Below, one piece after another: positions 44,800-58,109 of a stretch of 64,000 nt of DNA. How positions within the stretch are numbered: the stretch's first letter is position 1; each line of letters begins with the position of its first letter. A program made the translations under genes and the position numbers. Origin of the DNA: Candidatus Oxydemutator sp. (GTDB lineage: Bacteria; Pseudomonadota; Gammaproteobacteria; Poriferisulfidales; Oxydemutatoraceae); the NCBI GenBank assembly GCA_965203445.1, contig OZ241883.1, positions 2,048,001 to 2,112,000 on the forward strand, written 5' to 3'. The notes beneath the pieces were generated by a model that was given only the letters and a program-made list of their open reading frames with translations, did not search any database and was not told the origin of the DNA.

Positions 44800-46023
44800 T
44801 CAGCGCGCCGCTTCCCGGTCTCCGACCCTGCCGACTTGTATCACGCGCCCGGCGCCGGCGCCGGGCGCCCGCATGCCGAACGCGCCCAAAAACCAGACGA
44901 ACAGCATCGCCGCCGAGAGCGGCGCGACAAAAGCCTCTCCCAGCCGCTCGCCGACGAGGCCGGCGCCAGTGGCGCCGCAAAACACGCCCAGAAACTGCGC
45001 CGCCGAAAAAACCCCCAGCGCGCCGCCGCGCGCGCGCGCCGCACAGGTTCGGCTCACGAGCGCCGGCAGACTTGCCTCGAGATACATGAACGCGGTGAAG
45101 AACAGCACGATCAACACGACGAAGAACGGCGCCTGCGGCGGGAAATACCAGGCCGCCTGGGTGATCGCCGCGAGCGCCACCATGGCCAGAAAAAGATCCT
45201 TGACGCGGCGGCTCCGGGCGCTTGCCGCAAGCGCCGGCCACGTCAGCGCAAAAGCGAGCGCCAGCAGCAACAGATAAAAAAGCCAGTGCCGCTCGGCGCC
45301 AAGCCCCAAGCGCGGTTCGAGCACCGTCGGCAAAACCATGAAATTGGCGGCCAGCACCGCGTGCAACGCGAAGATGCCGGCGTACAGGCGCAGCAGATCG
45401 CGGTCGGCAAAAGCGCCACGCAAGCTTTCGCCGAGCGCCGGAGCCCGGGCGACGATCGCGGACGGCACCAGCAGCAGCGTCCACGCGACGGCCGCCGCGC
45501 CAAGGGCCGCGCTCACGAAAAAAATTCCCGACAAACCGAACCACGCGTGGAAAACCGGCCCCAACACCAGCGCCAGCGCGAACGCGACGCCGATACCGGC
45601 ACCGATGGCGGCGTTGACCTTGGCGCGTTGTTCGTCGCGGCTGACGTCGGCGGCAAGCGCCATCAACGCCGCCGCGACCGCCCCCGTGCCTTGCAACGCG
45701 CGCCCGGCGATGACGCCGTAGATCGTCTCCGAGAACGCGGCGACAAGGCTGCCGGCGCAGAATAACGACAAGCCGGCGACGATGATACTCTTGCGCCCGA
45801 AGCGATCCGACAACATGCCCATCGGCACTTGCATCAGCGCCTGGGTCAGGCCGTACACGCCGAGCGCGACGCCGGTCAGCAGCTGGGTGGCGCCCCGGAA
45901 TTCGCCGCTGTGCAACGCGAACACCGGGAACAGCAGAAACAACCCCAACATGCGCACCACGTAGACGCCGCCGAGGCCGACGGCGGCGCGCTTCTCGACC
46001 CGGTTCATTGCAGACTTGGACAT
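44800..46023 (-). CDS. MFS transporter (YajR-like)
   Basis: [35 protein letters not shown]; lies between uvrA and ssb as in many Proteobacteria. Confidence 0.87.
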   Translation of the reverse strand: MSKSAMNRVEKRAAVGLGGVYVVRMLGLFLLFPVFALHSGEFRGATQLLTGVALGVYGLTQALMQVPMGMLSDRFGRKSIIVAGLSLFCAGSLVAAFSETIYGVIAGRALQGTGAVAAALMALAADVSRDEQRAKVNAAIGAGIGVAFALALVLGPVFHAWFGLSGIFFVSAALGAAAVAWTLLLVPSAIVARAPALGESLRGAFADRDLLRLYAGIFALHAVLAANFMVLPTVLEPRLGLGAERHWLFYLLLLALAFALTWPALAASARSRRVKDLFLAMVALAAITQAAWYFPPQAPFFVVLIVLFFTAFMYLEASLPALVSRTCAARARGGALGVFSAAQFLGVFCGATGAGLVGERLGEAFVAPLSAAMLFVWFLGAFGMRAPGAGAGRVIQVGRVGDREAAR

Positions 46024-46116
46024 CGGTGCGACAACCCGCGGGTGAATACAAACCACTCAGCGCCACTCATGAGATGCGGTAATATTAGCAGCTTTGGCCG
46101 TATTTTTCTAATTGCG

Positions 46117-48957
<2,841 letters not shown>

Positions 48958-49051
48958 CCACGGGACAATATCATTCGATTCCGGCGGTTTCCGCCCAGTC
49001 CCTCGCCGCGGAAGGCAGCGCGACAATGGCGCCATGGCGCCTATGGGGGGG

Positions 49052-50377
49052 TCAACGAGGCTTTTTGCCGGCGGGCGCTTTGCGCACCGGCACCCTCAAC
49101 TTCTGCCCGACCCGAATCCGATCAGACTTGATCCCGGAAAACCTCTTGATCTCGGCGACGCTGGTCTTGAACCTAAGCGCAATCTCGGACAGCGTATCCC
49201 CGCTGCGCACCTTGTATTCCGCGACCGAGGTGCGCGCGAGCAACAGATCGGGCGTGGCATGCTCGGCGAAATAGCGGCGGATGCCCGTCGCCAGCTTCGA
49301 CGCGAGGCGGCGCTGGTAGCGTTGGTCGTTTAAGCTCGCCTCCTCCTTCGGGTTCGTCAGGTAGCCCAGCTCGACCAACACCGACGGCGTGTCGGGCGAC
49401 TTCAGCACGGCGAAGCCGGCGGCCTCGATGCGCCGGCTCTTCGCTATCTCGCCGAAGCCGCGTAGCAACGCCGAGGCCAGCCTGGCGCTGCGCTCCATCG
49501 CCGCGGTCTGCGACAGGTCTATCAGGATCGAGGCCAGCGTCTCGTCCTTGTCTTGCAGCGCGACGCCGCCCATCAGATCGGCGGCGTTCTCGCGCTGCGC
49601 CAGCAGGCGCGCGGCCTCGGTCGAGGCGCCCTTGTGCGAAAGACGATAGACCGAGGCGCCGCGCGCGCGCGGCGTCGGCGCGGCGTCGGCGTGGATCGAG
49701 ACGAACAGGTCGGCGCGGTGGCGGTGCGCGAACGCAACGCGCTTGCGCAACGACACGAAGCGGTCGCCGGCGCGCGTCAGCAGTGCGCGCATGCCGTATT
49801 CGCGGTTTATCAGGTCGCGCAGGCGCCGCGACACCGCGAGCGCGACGTTCTTCTCGTAGCTGCCGCGCGCGCCGATTGCGCCGGTGTCCTTGCCGCCGTG
49901 GCCCGGGTCAATGACGACGACCGCGTCGCGGGGAGCGGCGGCGGGCGCGCGCTTGGACGCGGCAGACCGGCGGCGCAACCCCTGCGGGTGGCGCACGGTC
50001 ACAACCAGTTCGCGCGCGCGCCCCTGCGGGCGCCGTGCCGCATACGCGCCGCCGACACTCGCCGCAAGATCGAAGACCAGGCGGTAGCCGTCGGTGCCGC
50101 GCCGCGCGTGGCGCACCCTCCTGATCAATATGCTGTCGGCGGTGACCGCCGGCCCGGCGGCGACGAACCGGGTGTGCCTGAAGTCCATCACCAGGCGCGG
50201 CGGCGAGTCCAGTTCCAATATGGCGTAGTCGGGCACGCGGTCGAACTGCATCACGATGCGGGCGCTGTTGCCGGTGTCGCTGACGGCAACGTCGCTCAGG
50301 CGGGCGCCGTCGGCCGGTGCGACCGCCGGCGACACCAGCGCCAACACCGCCGCGATGCGACGCGCCACCGGCGTCAC
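49052..50377 (-). CDS. N-acetylmuramoyl-L-alanine amidase (AMIN + Amidase_3 + LysM), AmiB/AmiC type
   Basis: IDPGHGGKD.GA, EK...L, FVSIHADA, FAVLKSPD.PSVLVE.G, C-terminal LysM YKVRSGDTLSEIA. Confidence 0.92.
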   Translation of the reverse strand: MTPVARRIAAVLALVSPAVAPADGARLSDVAVSDTGNSARIVMQFDRVPDYAILELDSPPRLVMDFRHTRFVAAGPAVTADSILIRRVRHARRGTDGYRLVFDLAASVGGAYAARRPQGRARELVVTVRHPQGLRRRSAASKRAPAAAPRDAVVVIDPGHGGKDTGAIGARGSYEKNVALAVSRRLRDLINREYGMRALLTRAGDRFVSLRKRVAFAHRHRADLFVSIHADAAPTPRARGASVYRLSHKGASTEAARLLAQRENAADLMGGVALQDKDETLASILIDLSQTAAMERSARLASALLRGFGEIAKSRRIEAAGFAVLKSPDTPSVLVELGYLTNPKEEASLNDQRYQRRLASKLATGIRRYFAEHATPDLLLARTSVAEYKVRSGDTLSEIALRFKTSVAEIKRFSGIKSDRIRVGQKLRVPVRKAPAGKKPR

Positions 50378-50889
50378 GCGCGCGGCTCCGGCGCGGCGGT
50401 GGGAGCGGCGCGAAAGGCTTCGATCACGCGCTCCGCCGGAAAATCGCCGCGCGGGTACATGACCACGCGACGGGCCGCGCCTCGGCGCGCGTCGTCAAAC
50501 GCGAGCACCACGCGCAGCACCGGCGCCGGCACGCGGCCGCGCGCGCGCTCCGGCCATTCGATCAGGCACACGCCGGCGGCATCGAAGTAGTCGCGGATGC
50601 CCGCGCCCTCGATCTCGGCGGCGTCCTTGATGCGGTAGAAATCCATGTGGTGCACCGGGTAGCGCTCGCCCGGATAACTCTCGATCAGCGTGTAGGTCGG
50701 GCTTTTGACGCGGCCACGGTAGCCCGACGCGCGAATGAAGCCCCGACACAGCGTCGTCTTGCCCGTACCCAGTTCGCCTTGCAGCCAGATCGAGGACGCC
50801 GGACGCACGCGCGCGGCGAGACAGGCACCGAGTCGCTGCATCGAGTCGGCGGTCTCTATCGTCAATGTCGCGTGCGCCTCGGCCACCAT
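50374..50889 (-). CDS. tsaE: t6A biosynthesis ATPase TsaE
   Basis: LQGELGTGKTT, VKSPTYTLIESY, HMDFYR, LIEWPE. Confidence 0.94.
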   Translation of the reverse strand: MVAEAHATLTIETADSMQRLGACLAARVRPASSIWLQGELGTGKTTLCRGFIRASGYRGRVKSPTYTLIESYPGERYPVHHMDFYRIKDAAEIEGAGIRDYFDAAGVCLIEWPERARGRVPAPVLRVVLAFDDARRGAARRVVMYPRGDFPAERVIEAFRAAPTAAPEPRA

Positions 50890-50892
50890 CGC

Positions 50893-52389
50893 TCACGGGT
50901 TGGCGCTCTCTCGGAGGAAGCGCAGCAGGTCGGTCGCGATCATGCCGCGCGGTGCGCGGCGTCCGGCACGCTCCGCGGCCTCGGCGTGCAGGCATACCCC
51001 CAACACCGCGGCTCGTTCCGGCGCAAACCCCTGCCCCAACAAGGAACCGATCACGCCGCTTAAGACGTCGCCCATGCCGGCGCTCGACATGCCGGCGTGG
51101 CCACCTTCGCACGCCGTCGTTCCGGCGGGCGAACAGACCAGCGTGCCGGCGCCTTTCAGCACGCAGACACCGCCGTATTTGCGCTGCAACTCGCGCACCG
51201 CGCGAAAGCGATCTTCCTGCACCGCGCGCGTGCTCCGCCCTGACAACGCCGCGGCCTCGCCCGGGTGGGAGGTCAACACCCAATGCTCGCGGGCGGCCGG
51301 CTCGGCCGCCAGCAAATGCAGCGCATCGGCGTCGGCGACCGCCGGCAGGCCCGCCTCGAGCACCGCGTCCAGCAGCGTCCGCGCCCATTCGTCGCGGCCC
51401 AGGCCCGGCCCGATGACGACCGCGTCGGCCCTGTCGAGCATCGCGCGCAACTGCCGCGGCTGCTCGACGCCACGCGGCATCAACACCGGGCATGCCGCGG
51501 CCATCGCCGGCGCGTGGGCATCGCGGGTGGCAACACTGACCAAGCCGCTGCCGGTGCGCATCGCCGCCTGCGCCGCCAGCAGTGCCGCCCCCATCATGCC
51601 GGTGTTGCCGCCGACGACGAGAACGTGGCCGAACTGCCCCTTGTGCGTGTCGCCGCGCCGCGCCGGCAGCCACGAGCGGACTTCGCGGTACGCGGCCAAG
51701 CGCGCCGCGGCCTCGATCTCGGCGACCGCGTCGCTGTCGGCTTGCGCCTCGTCGGTCTGCAACGAGGAAAACAGAACGTCGCCGCCGTATTCGACGCCGG
51801 CGCCGGTGTACATCCCCTGCTTGCGCGTGATGAAACTGACGGTCGCATCGGCGCGTACCGCAACCGGCGACGGGCGTCCGGTATCGGCATTGAGGCCGGA
51901 AGGAACGTCCACTGCGAGCTTCGGCTTGGGATGCTTGTTGATGGCCTCTATCCACTCGATCATCTCCGCGGACAACGGCTTGTTCAAGCCGCTGCCGAAA
52001 ATTGCATCCACGATCAGCTCGGCCTGCGGCGGCACCGGGAGCGACGCCGGGCGCTCCTCGCCCTGCGCCGCAAGGTAATCCGCGCGCGCCTGCGCCGCGT
52101 CGCCCGCAAGGCGCTCGAGGCGCCCGGCGTCGCCGATCTGGAACACGCACACGCGGCGCCCGGCGGCCAGCAGCAGACGGCCGAGCGCGTAGCCGTCACC
52201 ACCGTTGTTGCCGACGCCCGCATGAATCGCAATCTCCCGCGCGCCGGGCCAGCGCTCGATCAAATACCCGAAGCAGGCGTGCGCGGCACGGCACATCAAC
52301 TCGTAACCCGAAACCGATACGCCAGCGGTGCCCGCAATCAAAAAACGGTCTATTTGCCTGCTTTGTTCGGCTGTGTAGAGGAGATGCAT
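50893..52389 (-). CDS. nnr: Bifunctional NAD(P)H-hydrate epimerase/dehydratase
   Basis: GNNGGDG, VDAIFGSG, AVDVPSG, HKGQFG, GPGLG, DADAL, HPGEAA, GMGDVLSG. Confidence 0.94.
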   Translation of the reverse strand: MHLLYTAEQSRQIDRFLIAGTAGVSVSGYELMCRAAHACFGYLIERWPGAREIAIHAGVGNNGGDGYALGRLLLAAGRRVCVFQIGDAGRLERLAGDAAQARADYLAAQGEERPASLPVPPQAELIVDAIFGSGLNKPLSAEMIEWIEAINKHPKPKLAVDVPSGLNADTGRPSPVAVRADATVSFITRKQGMYTGAGVEYGGDVLFSSLQTDEAQADSDAVAEIEAAARLAAYREVRSWLPARRGDTHKGQFGHVLVVGGNTGMMGAALLAAQAAMRTGSGLVSVATRDAHAPAMAAACPVLMPRGVEQPRQLRAMLDRADAVVIGPGLGRDEWARTLLDAVLEAGLPAVADADALHLLAAEPAAREHWVLTSHPGEAAALSGRSTRAVQEDRFRAVRELQRKYGGVCVLKGAGTLVCSPAGTTACEGGHAGMSSAGMGDVLSGVIGSLLGQGFAPERAAVLGVCLHAEAAERAGRRAPRGMIATDLLRFLRESANP

Positions 52390-52533
52390 ATGACCCGGAC
52401 GACGATGTCGCCACTAATCAGGGAGAGGCTGCACGATGCCTGACCGAGCACAAGACTATACCACAGGACTGGCTAAAAGAATGGTAATAACAATGGCTTG
52501 TATAATTTCACACCGGGACTTTACAATAATCTG

Positions 52534-52552
52534 AATAATAGTCATTATTATT
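52534..52552 (+). promoter_or_regulatory. Fur-like operator upstream of the P19-type gene
   Basis: AATAAT-AGTC-ATTATT palindrome, 13/19 match to GATAATGATAATCATTATC, overlapping a possible TTTACA-N17-CATTAT promoter. Confidence 0.6.
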
Positions 52553-52689
52553 TGTACTGATGTCTAGTCGGCAGAAGTACCCAACCGGAAGCCGACCGGC
52601 GCAAACGGCATCAGCACCGGCGTCTGGAGCGCTGGTAACTGCGGGTTCACATAGAATCCTGTTTCTATAACACATAAGGAAAGCCTATC

Positions 52690-53229
52690 ATGAAAAAACT
52701 CATCACTTTGTTGTGCGCGGCGCTGCTGCCTGCGAGCGTCGCCGCCGTCGAGCTGATCATCGGCGAGGAAACCGTCGCCCCCGGCATCGTCTTCATATTC
52801 GAGGGCGCCGTCAAGGACGACATCACGCCCGCCGACCATCACCTGCCGATGGACGAGACCCACGTGCATATCGAAGCGCGCGTCAACTGGGGCGAGGAGT
52901 CCATTCCCGAAGGCACGCCCGCCGGCGGCTTCGTGCCCTATCTGACGATCACCGCCAAGGTCGTCAACGCGAAAACCGGCGCGATGCTGATGACCGACCT
53001 GCTGCCGCACATCAACCTGATAGACAACTTCCACTACGCGCGCAACATCGCGCTGCCCGGCCCCATCGGCGACCGCTACGACGTAACCTTTCACGTCGCG
53101 CCGCCGGCGGGACTGGCGCTGTCCTTCCACAACGACTGGCGCCAGGAATACGGCGACAACGTGCTCCAGGAAAAGACGTTCCAGTACCGCGGCGTGAACT
53201 TCAAGGAGATCGCCGAAGCGACGAGGTAG
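52690..53229 (+). CDS. P19/Tpd/FetP-like periplasmic metal (iron) uptake protein
   Basis: Signal peptide; HIEARVNW, GGFVPYL, DNFHYARNI motifs resemble the Iron_transport family; Fur-like box upstream. Confidence 0.75.
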   Translation: MKKLITLLCAALLPASVAAVELIIGEETVAPGIVFIFEGAVKDDITPADHHLPMDETHVHIEARVNWGEESIPEGTPAGGFVPYLTITAKVVNAKTGAMLMTDLLPHINLIDNFHYARNIALPGPIGDRYDVTFHVAPPAGLALSFHNDWRQEYGDNVLQEKTFQYRGVNFKEIAEATR

Positions 53230-53258
53230 TAAGCACAGACCGCACCCCTTAAGGATCC

Positions 53259-53327
53259 GTCATTGCCGCCTTGTCTCGCCGGCATGAGGAAATGCTCATG
53301 CCGGGTTCCCGCTTTCGCGGGAATGAC
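53259..53327. repeat. REP/REPIN-like palindrome cluster between convergent genes
   Basis: GTCATT...; CCGGCATGAG-n6-CTCATGCCGG; TTCCCGC-TTTC-GCGGGAATGAC (reverse of the GTCATTCCCGCGAAAGCGGGAA REP type). Confidence 0.7.
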
Positions 53328-55161
53328 GCGCCTGCAAGGGGAGGTGGGACGGGCTAAGACAGTCCAAATGCGTCTGCAACCACATCTCCAGCAGCGCGCA
53401 ATGCCATAACTTGTTGCCGCGGATCGGCGTCAGGTTGTCCTCGTCGTCGTTCGCAAGCAGACGCTCGAGGTAGTCGCGCCGGAACAAGCCGCGCTCGCGG
53501 CAGGCGCGCGACGTCAGCACGTCGCCCATCATCCGCCGCAGACGCTCGTCCACGAACTTCAGCGCCGGCACCGGAAAATAACCTTTTTTTCTATCAATAA
53601 CCTCTTTTGGAACAATGTCTTGTGCTATTTTTTTCAGAATATACTTGCCCCCGTCCGCAAGCTTCAGCGCGGGCGGTATGCGCATCGCCTCCTCGACCAG
53701 CCGGTGATCCAGAAAAGGCACCCTGGCCTCGACGCCCCACGCCATCGTCATGTTGTCCACGCGCTTGACCGGATCATCCACTATCAGCCGCGTCACGTCC
53801 ATGCGCAGCACCGCGTCCATGAACGTGTCGGCCCCGTCTTCGTGCAGCGACGCCTCGATCATCGGCGAGGTCACGTCGGGCACGTGCAGCCCGTCCGCCA
53901 CCGTGCGCCGGTACTCGTCGTGGTCGCGGTCGAAATAATGCGCGCGGAAGCGCTCGAGGCGGCTGCCCGCGGCTGACTGCATCCGCGGATACCAGAAATA
54001 ACCGGCGAACACCTCGTCGGCGCCCTGCCCGCTCTGCACCACCTTGATGTCCCTGCCGACCTGCTCGGCCAGCAGGTAAAAAGCGATGCAGTCCTGCCCC
54101 AACATCGGCTCGGCCATGTTCGCAATCGCCTCCGGCAGGCGTTCGTACAACTGCCGGTCGGAAACCCGAAAGCGATGATGGCGCGTAGCGTAGGCCTCCA
54201 CGACCCGATCCGAATACTCGAACTCGTCACCGCGCTCGTGCTCGCGGTGCTCAAAGCCTATCGTATAGGTGCGAATGTCCGCAGCGCCGCTCTCGGCCAG
54301 CAGCGCCAGCAGCAGGCTCGAGTCGAGGCCGCCGGAAAGCAGCACGCCGACCGGCACGTCGGCGATCCGAAAGCGCGTCTCGATAGCGCACCGCAATTCG
54401 GTTCTGGTGCGTTCGATCCACTCCGCCTCGCCGAGGTGCCGTCCGTCGCCCCCGTTGCGCTCGTTGCGCCTGGCCGTGAGATTCCAGTAGCGCTTTTTCG
54501 TCGTGCTCCCGCCAGGCCGAACCGCGTCAACCCGCAAACTATGCGCCGGTTCCAGCTTGCGCACGCCGCGCAGCAGCGTGCGCGGCGCCGGCACCACGGC
54601 ATGCAGCGTCAGGTGGCGATGCAGCGCCACCGGATCGAGTGCGGTATCCACGCCGCCCGCGGCCAGCAACGCCTGCGGGTTCGACGCAAACGCAAGACGC
54701 CGCGCATCGCGCGTGTAATACAACGGCTTGATGCCGAGGCGGTCGCGCGCCAGCAGCAGGCTGCGCGCATTCCGATCCCATACCGCAAACGCAAAGATAC
54801 CGTCGAGACGCCGCGGGCAGTCGTCGCCCCAGCGGTGATAAGCCTTCAGGATCACCTCGCTGTCGCTGTCGCTGAAAAAGCGATAGCCGAGGGCGGACAA
54901 TTCGCTCCTCAATTCGCGGTAGTTGTATATCACGCCGTTGAAAACCAGCACCAGGCCGAGTTCCTCATCCACCATCGGCTGCTCGCCCGCAGGCGACAAA
55001 TCAATAATCGCAAGCCGCGTATGCGCAAGCGCAACCGCCCCGTCGGTGAACACATGATGACCATCCGGCCCGCGCCGACGCAGATGCACAAGCATCCGCC
55101 GCATACGCACCGCATCCCCCACCCCCCCATCAAACCAAATCTCCCCCGCAATACCGCACAT
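53296..55161 (-). CDS. Asparagine-synthase-family amidotransferase (N-acetylglutaminylglutamine amidotransferase type)
   Basis: MCGIAG, RRGPDG, RLAIIDL, LSGGLDSS, SGQGADEVFAGY, DDPVKRVDNMTMAWG.EARVPFLDH. Confidence 0.88.
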   Translation of the reverse strand: MCGIAGEIWFDGGVGDAVRMRRMLVHLRRRGPDGHHVFTDGAVALAHTRLAIIDLSPAGEQPMVDEELGLVLVFNGVIYNYRELRSELSALGYRFFSDSDSEVILKAYHRWGDDCPRRLDGIFAFAVWDRNARSLLLARDRLGIKPLYYTRDARRLAFASNPQALLAAGGVDTALDPVALHRHLTLHAVVPAPRTLLRGVRKLEPAHSLRVDAVRPGGSTTKKRYWNLTARRNERNGGDGRHLGEAEWIERTRTELRCAIETRFRIADVPVGVLLSGGLDSSLLLALLAESGAADIRTYTIGFEHREHERGDEFEYSDRVVEAYATRHHRFRVSDRQLYERLPEAIANMAEPMLGQDCIAFYLLAEQVGRDIKVVQSGQGADEVFAGYFWYPRMQSAAGSRLERFRAHYFDRDHDEYRRTVADGLHVPDVTSPMIEASLHEDGADTFMDAVLRMDVTRLIVDDPVKRVDNMTMAWGVEARVPFLDHRLVEEAMRIPPALKLADGGKYILKKIAQDIVPKEVIDRKKGYFPVPALKFVDERLRRMMGDVLTSRACRERGLFRRDYLERLLANDDEDNLTPIRGNKLWHCALLEMWLQTHLDCLSPSHLPLQARHSRESGNPA

Positions 55162-58109
55162 CAGTCGTCACGCTCGCCGTCGGAATTTTCGATGTCATCT
55201 TTTTCGACGCGAAGTCCATACTTATGATGTCTGAATTTTTCCGGCTTCCGAAGTATGGATATTCCCTCATTCCAAACAATTACAACTCCGTAGTCTTGTC
55301 CATGCTCTCCAGCAAACTCTTTCTCCCAACGGCTGAACTCAAAAGTATGAGGAAGAGAGCTCTCCGTGCTTTTCACTTCAAAATAGATCGTGCGTCCGTT
55401 TTCCTCAACAGTCATATCATAATGCTCTCCTGACTCCTTCTCTTTATTCAACCAATTCACATTTTCTTTGCCATAGCGCTCACTCAAAAGTTTATAGGCT
55501 TCCTGCTCGCCCCATATTCCGTCAGGCTGTGCCCTGTTTGATGTATTGGAAATGTTATTCCCATCGTCGGCAGATTGAGGAGCGCTCTGCCTTGGCCTTG
55601 AGCGTTGCTCAACTTCACGAACAGGCGTTTCTATAGGAGATTGCCTTTCCTCTTTACTCTGCCGATTTCTATTTTCGGTATTGTTCGTTGCTGCCAGTCG
55701 TTTTTTCAACTCTTTGATCTCCTCTTTTGCTGCATCTGATTCGGCTTTATATTCTTCTATCTCTCTATCTTTTGCTGCTAATTCATTATTGTGTTTTTGT
55801 TCCTGCTTTTTGAACTTTTCGTCCGCCTCTGCCACAGACATCATATCCTTCGACATGCCTAACTGCTCAGCCAATTTATCAGCCTCAGTGAGGTTGTTAC
55901 TTATACATTCCTGGTAGTCAGCATGTAATTGGGAAGGCGAAAATTCCTCAAGCTTTTCTTTAGGAATAGGTCGTTCTTGTTTGTCATAAAGCCACCCATC
56001 TTTACATGCTTCCAAAAGCTGACCGACAACAGAAGGCTCCTCTTTTACTTGTGTCTCTTTCCAGTCTTTTAGCGTCCACCGATATTCTACCCTTCCTTTT
56101 ATGTGGGGATACTCCATAAGGATTTTCCAGAGAATAGTAGATCGTTCAAGGTTTATTTGATCGAGAACTCTATTTAAATCTGTGATTTCAAATCTTTGCT
56201 TAAATCCATCAAGTTCTTTTTCGTATCTCGAAGAAAGAGATGGCGCATGAAACTCAATTTCTTTGCGACAACCAAGTTTCTCCAAGATAGCGCCAAACGC
56301 ATCATATGTATCTTTATCAACAAAAGGCTTATCCAACCCTTCATACCAGGTTTTCAGCTCATCCAAAGGCAAATAAACTTCTTCCGCTTTGCGATAATCT
56401 CCCTCTTCCGTACGGACGATTTTTGCGGGACGCAGAGTTGCTTTAATGGAGTTCTGTTGTTCAGCATCTGCCTCATCCCATATCCGCTTTATTTTTTTCA
56501 TATCGCTGGCATATTCCTCACCAGAAACTTTAACCTCATCTTCCTGGTATTTCGGTGCAATTTTTTCTTGTATTTCGGTAATTCCATCTGGCTCTTTCAT
56601 ATCGTAAAGCCCGAACAGCTCTTTAGCAATTTTCTCATTAGCAAGAGTCCGTTTTACAGTCGGGTAATCTGATTCTATCCCCTCCAGTGGCAGATAGGTC
56701 TCGTCAGGCTTTGGCTTTCCAAAGCCGCCACTTTCTAATGGAGAAATAGGCAGCTGCTTGAAAGCATTTCTGGCTGCTCCGTCTTTGCATAAATTTTTAT
56801 ACAATTTCAAAAACCAGTCGTCGCCTTTTCCGTGCAGAAACACTTTCCACTTACCAACTTCTTCAGCGAATTTTTTGGCAACTTCCAGAAGCGTGAAACT
56901 TTCTATTTTCAGTTCGTCTTCAAAAAACTTCCGTAGATAATAGTCCCCTAGATCCTCACACTTAATCCACTCCCCTCTCCCTTCTTTAAGGTCTTTTGGT
57001 TCAAACGAGTATCGCACGGCTTCCGTAGCGATGATGCATTCTTCAGCCTCCACGTATCGCCCATCACTGGTAGGCAGCAATGGTTCCTCACGCAGTTCTT
57101 TACTGATGGCTTCATGTACCTTGCGATAAATATCCTCCCATCTCTCTTGCAAAGGAAGCAGTTTCAAAAAATCCCATGTCAGCAGTTTTTCTTGCTTGAG
57201 GACAGACAGACTCTCAGCCACCAATGCGGCCAAGTGTTCCGTGATCGGATTGTTTTTGTCATCTGGTCTTATCCTGTCTCTGCTGGGGGTTGTTTCATAC
57301 GGTGCCTGAATCAAAAAATTCACGTGTGAATCCACGGTGGTCGGAAAGAAAACAAAGATTTTTTTGTGCTCTTCATCCGGTTCCACAATCTGGCCTTCGT
57401 GATCAAGTTTATAAGCAATTTGAATCTTCTGAAGCGGCCTCTCAAAAAGAAGGTAAGATACGGTTTCATTTCCCGACAGGGAGGTTTTGCAAACTTTGAG
57501 TTCTCCATTCGAAAGTAGCGGTTCTTCACTTTTACGATAGGAAAGAGTTTCCTTTTCATCAAAATGAAGGGAAATCTCTTTTATATGCGTGAGAAATAAA
57601 AGACTCTCTGCCACAAACTCCTTTACCCAGTTCTTCACCTCACAATAATCAACATCTTCCTTGAAAGGAAAGGTGAATTCTGTTTTTTCATAGAAGTCGC
57701 TGTTTTCATCTTCTATGACGGGAACGATCACATTCTTCAGGGCAATGTGAAAACGACCAGAGCGAATACAAGGACGAACAGTCAAGTTGAATACAGATTT
57801 AAATCCTATCCCAAATTTGCCGATGGCTTCCTTATCTTTTTTTGTCGAGTATCCAGACCGAGCGATTGAGTCAATGTCCTCAATGGTAAAACATTTTCCA
57901 TCATGTTCGACAGTCATCTCCTCATCGCATAAATGAAAAGAAATGGACTTCGCCTCGGTATCTTCGGCATTCTGCAAAAGCTCATAGATAAAACGTTCGG
58001 GTTTTTCAGATACCCCGATTAATGTCCAAGGGTTCTGCCGTTTTATCGAAATCTCTGCATCCTTCTGCCAAGCTTCCAGTTGCCGTTTGTCTTCTTCAGT
58101 CAACATCAT
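55161..58109 (-). CDS. Sacsin-type GHKL ATPase fused to a C-terminal DUF3883 (PD-D/ExK-like) domain; candidate defence protein
   Basis: [35 protein letters not shown]...[14 protein letters not shown]; C-terminus WGEQEAY..WLN...YDMTV...YFEVKST; AT-rich. Confidence 0.8.
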   Translation of the reverse strand: MMLTEEDKRQLEAWQKDAEISIKRQNPWTLIGVSEKPERFIYELLQNAEDTEAKSISFHLCDEEMTVEHDGKCFTIEDIDSIARSGYSTKKDKEAIGKFGIGFKSVFNLTVRPCIRSGRFHIALKNVIVPVIEDENSDFYEKTEFTFPFKEDVDYCEVKNWVKEFVAESLLFLTHIKEISLHFDEKETLSYRKSEEPLLSNGELKVCKTSLSGNETVSYLLFERPLQKIQIAYKLDHEGQIVEPDEEHKKIFVFFPTTVDSHVNFLIQAPYETTPSRDRIRPDDKNNPITEHLAALVAESLSVLKQEKLLTWDFLKLLPLQERWEDIYRKVHEAISKELREEPLLPTSDGRYVEAEECIIATEAVRYSFEPKDLKEGRGEWIKCEDLGDYYLRKFFEDELKIESFTLLEVAKKFAEEVGKWKVFLHGKGDDWFLKLYKNLCKDGAARNAFKQLPISPLESGGFGKPKPDETYLPLEGIESDYPTVKRTLANEKIAKELFGLYDMKEPDGITEIQEKIAPKYQEDEVKVSGEEYASDMKKIKRIWDEADAEQQNSIKATLRPAKIVRTEEGDYRKAEEVYLPLDELKTWYEGLDKPFVDKDTYDAFGAILEKLGCRKEIEFHAPSLSSRYEKELDGFKQRFEITDLNRVLDQINLERSTILWKILMEYPHIKGRVEYRWTLKDWKETQVKEEPSVVGQLLEACKDGWLYDKQERPIPKEKLEEFSPSQLHADYQECISNNLTEADKLAEQLGMSKDMMSVAEADEKFKKQEQKHNNELAAKDREIEEYKAESDAAKEEIKELKKRLAATNNTENRNRQSKEERQSPIETPVREVEQRSRPRQSAPQSADDGNNISNTSNRAQPDGIWGEQEAYKLLSERYGKENVNWLNKEKESGEHYDMTVEENGRTIYFEVKSTESSLPHTFEFSRWEKEFAGEHGQDYGVVIVWNEGISILRKPEKFRHHKYGLRVEKDDIENSDGERDD

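Noticed and set aside
52590-52640. Resemblance of GGCGCAAA to the c-di-GMP-I riboswitch core
   Set aside because: The remaining conserved elements of the motif are missing.
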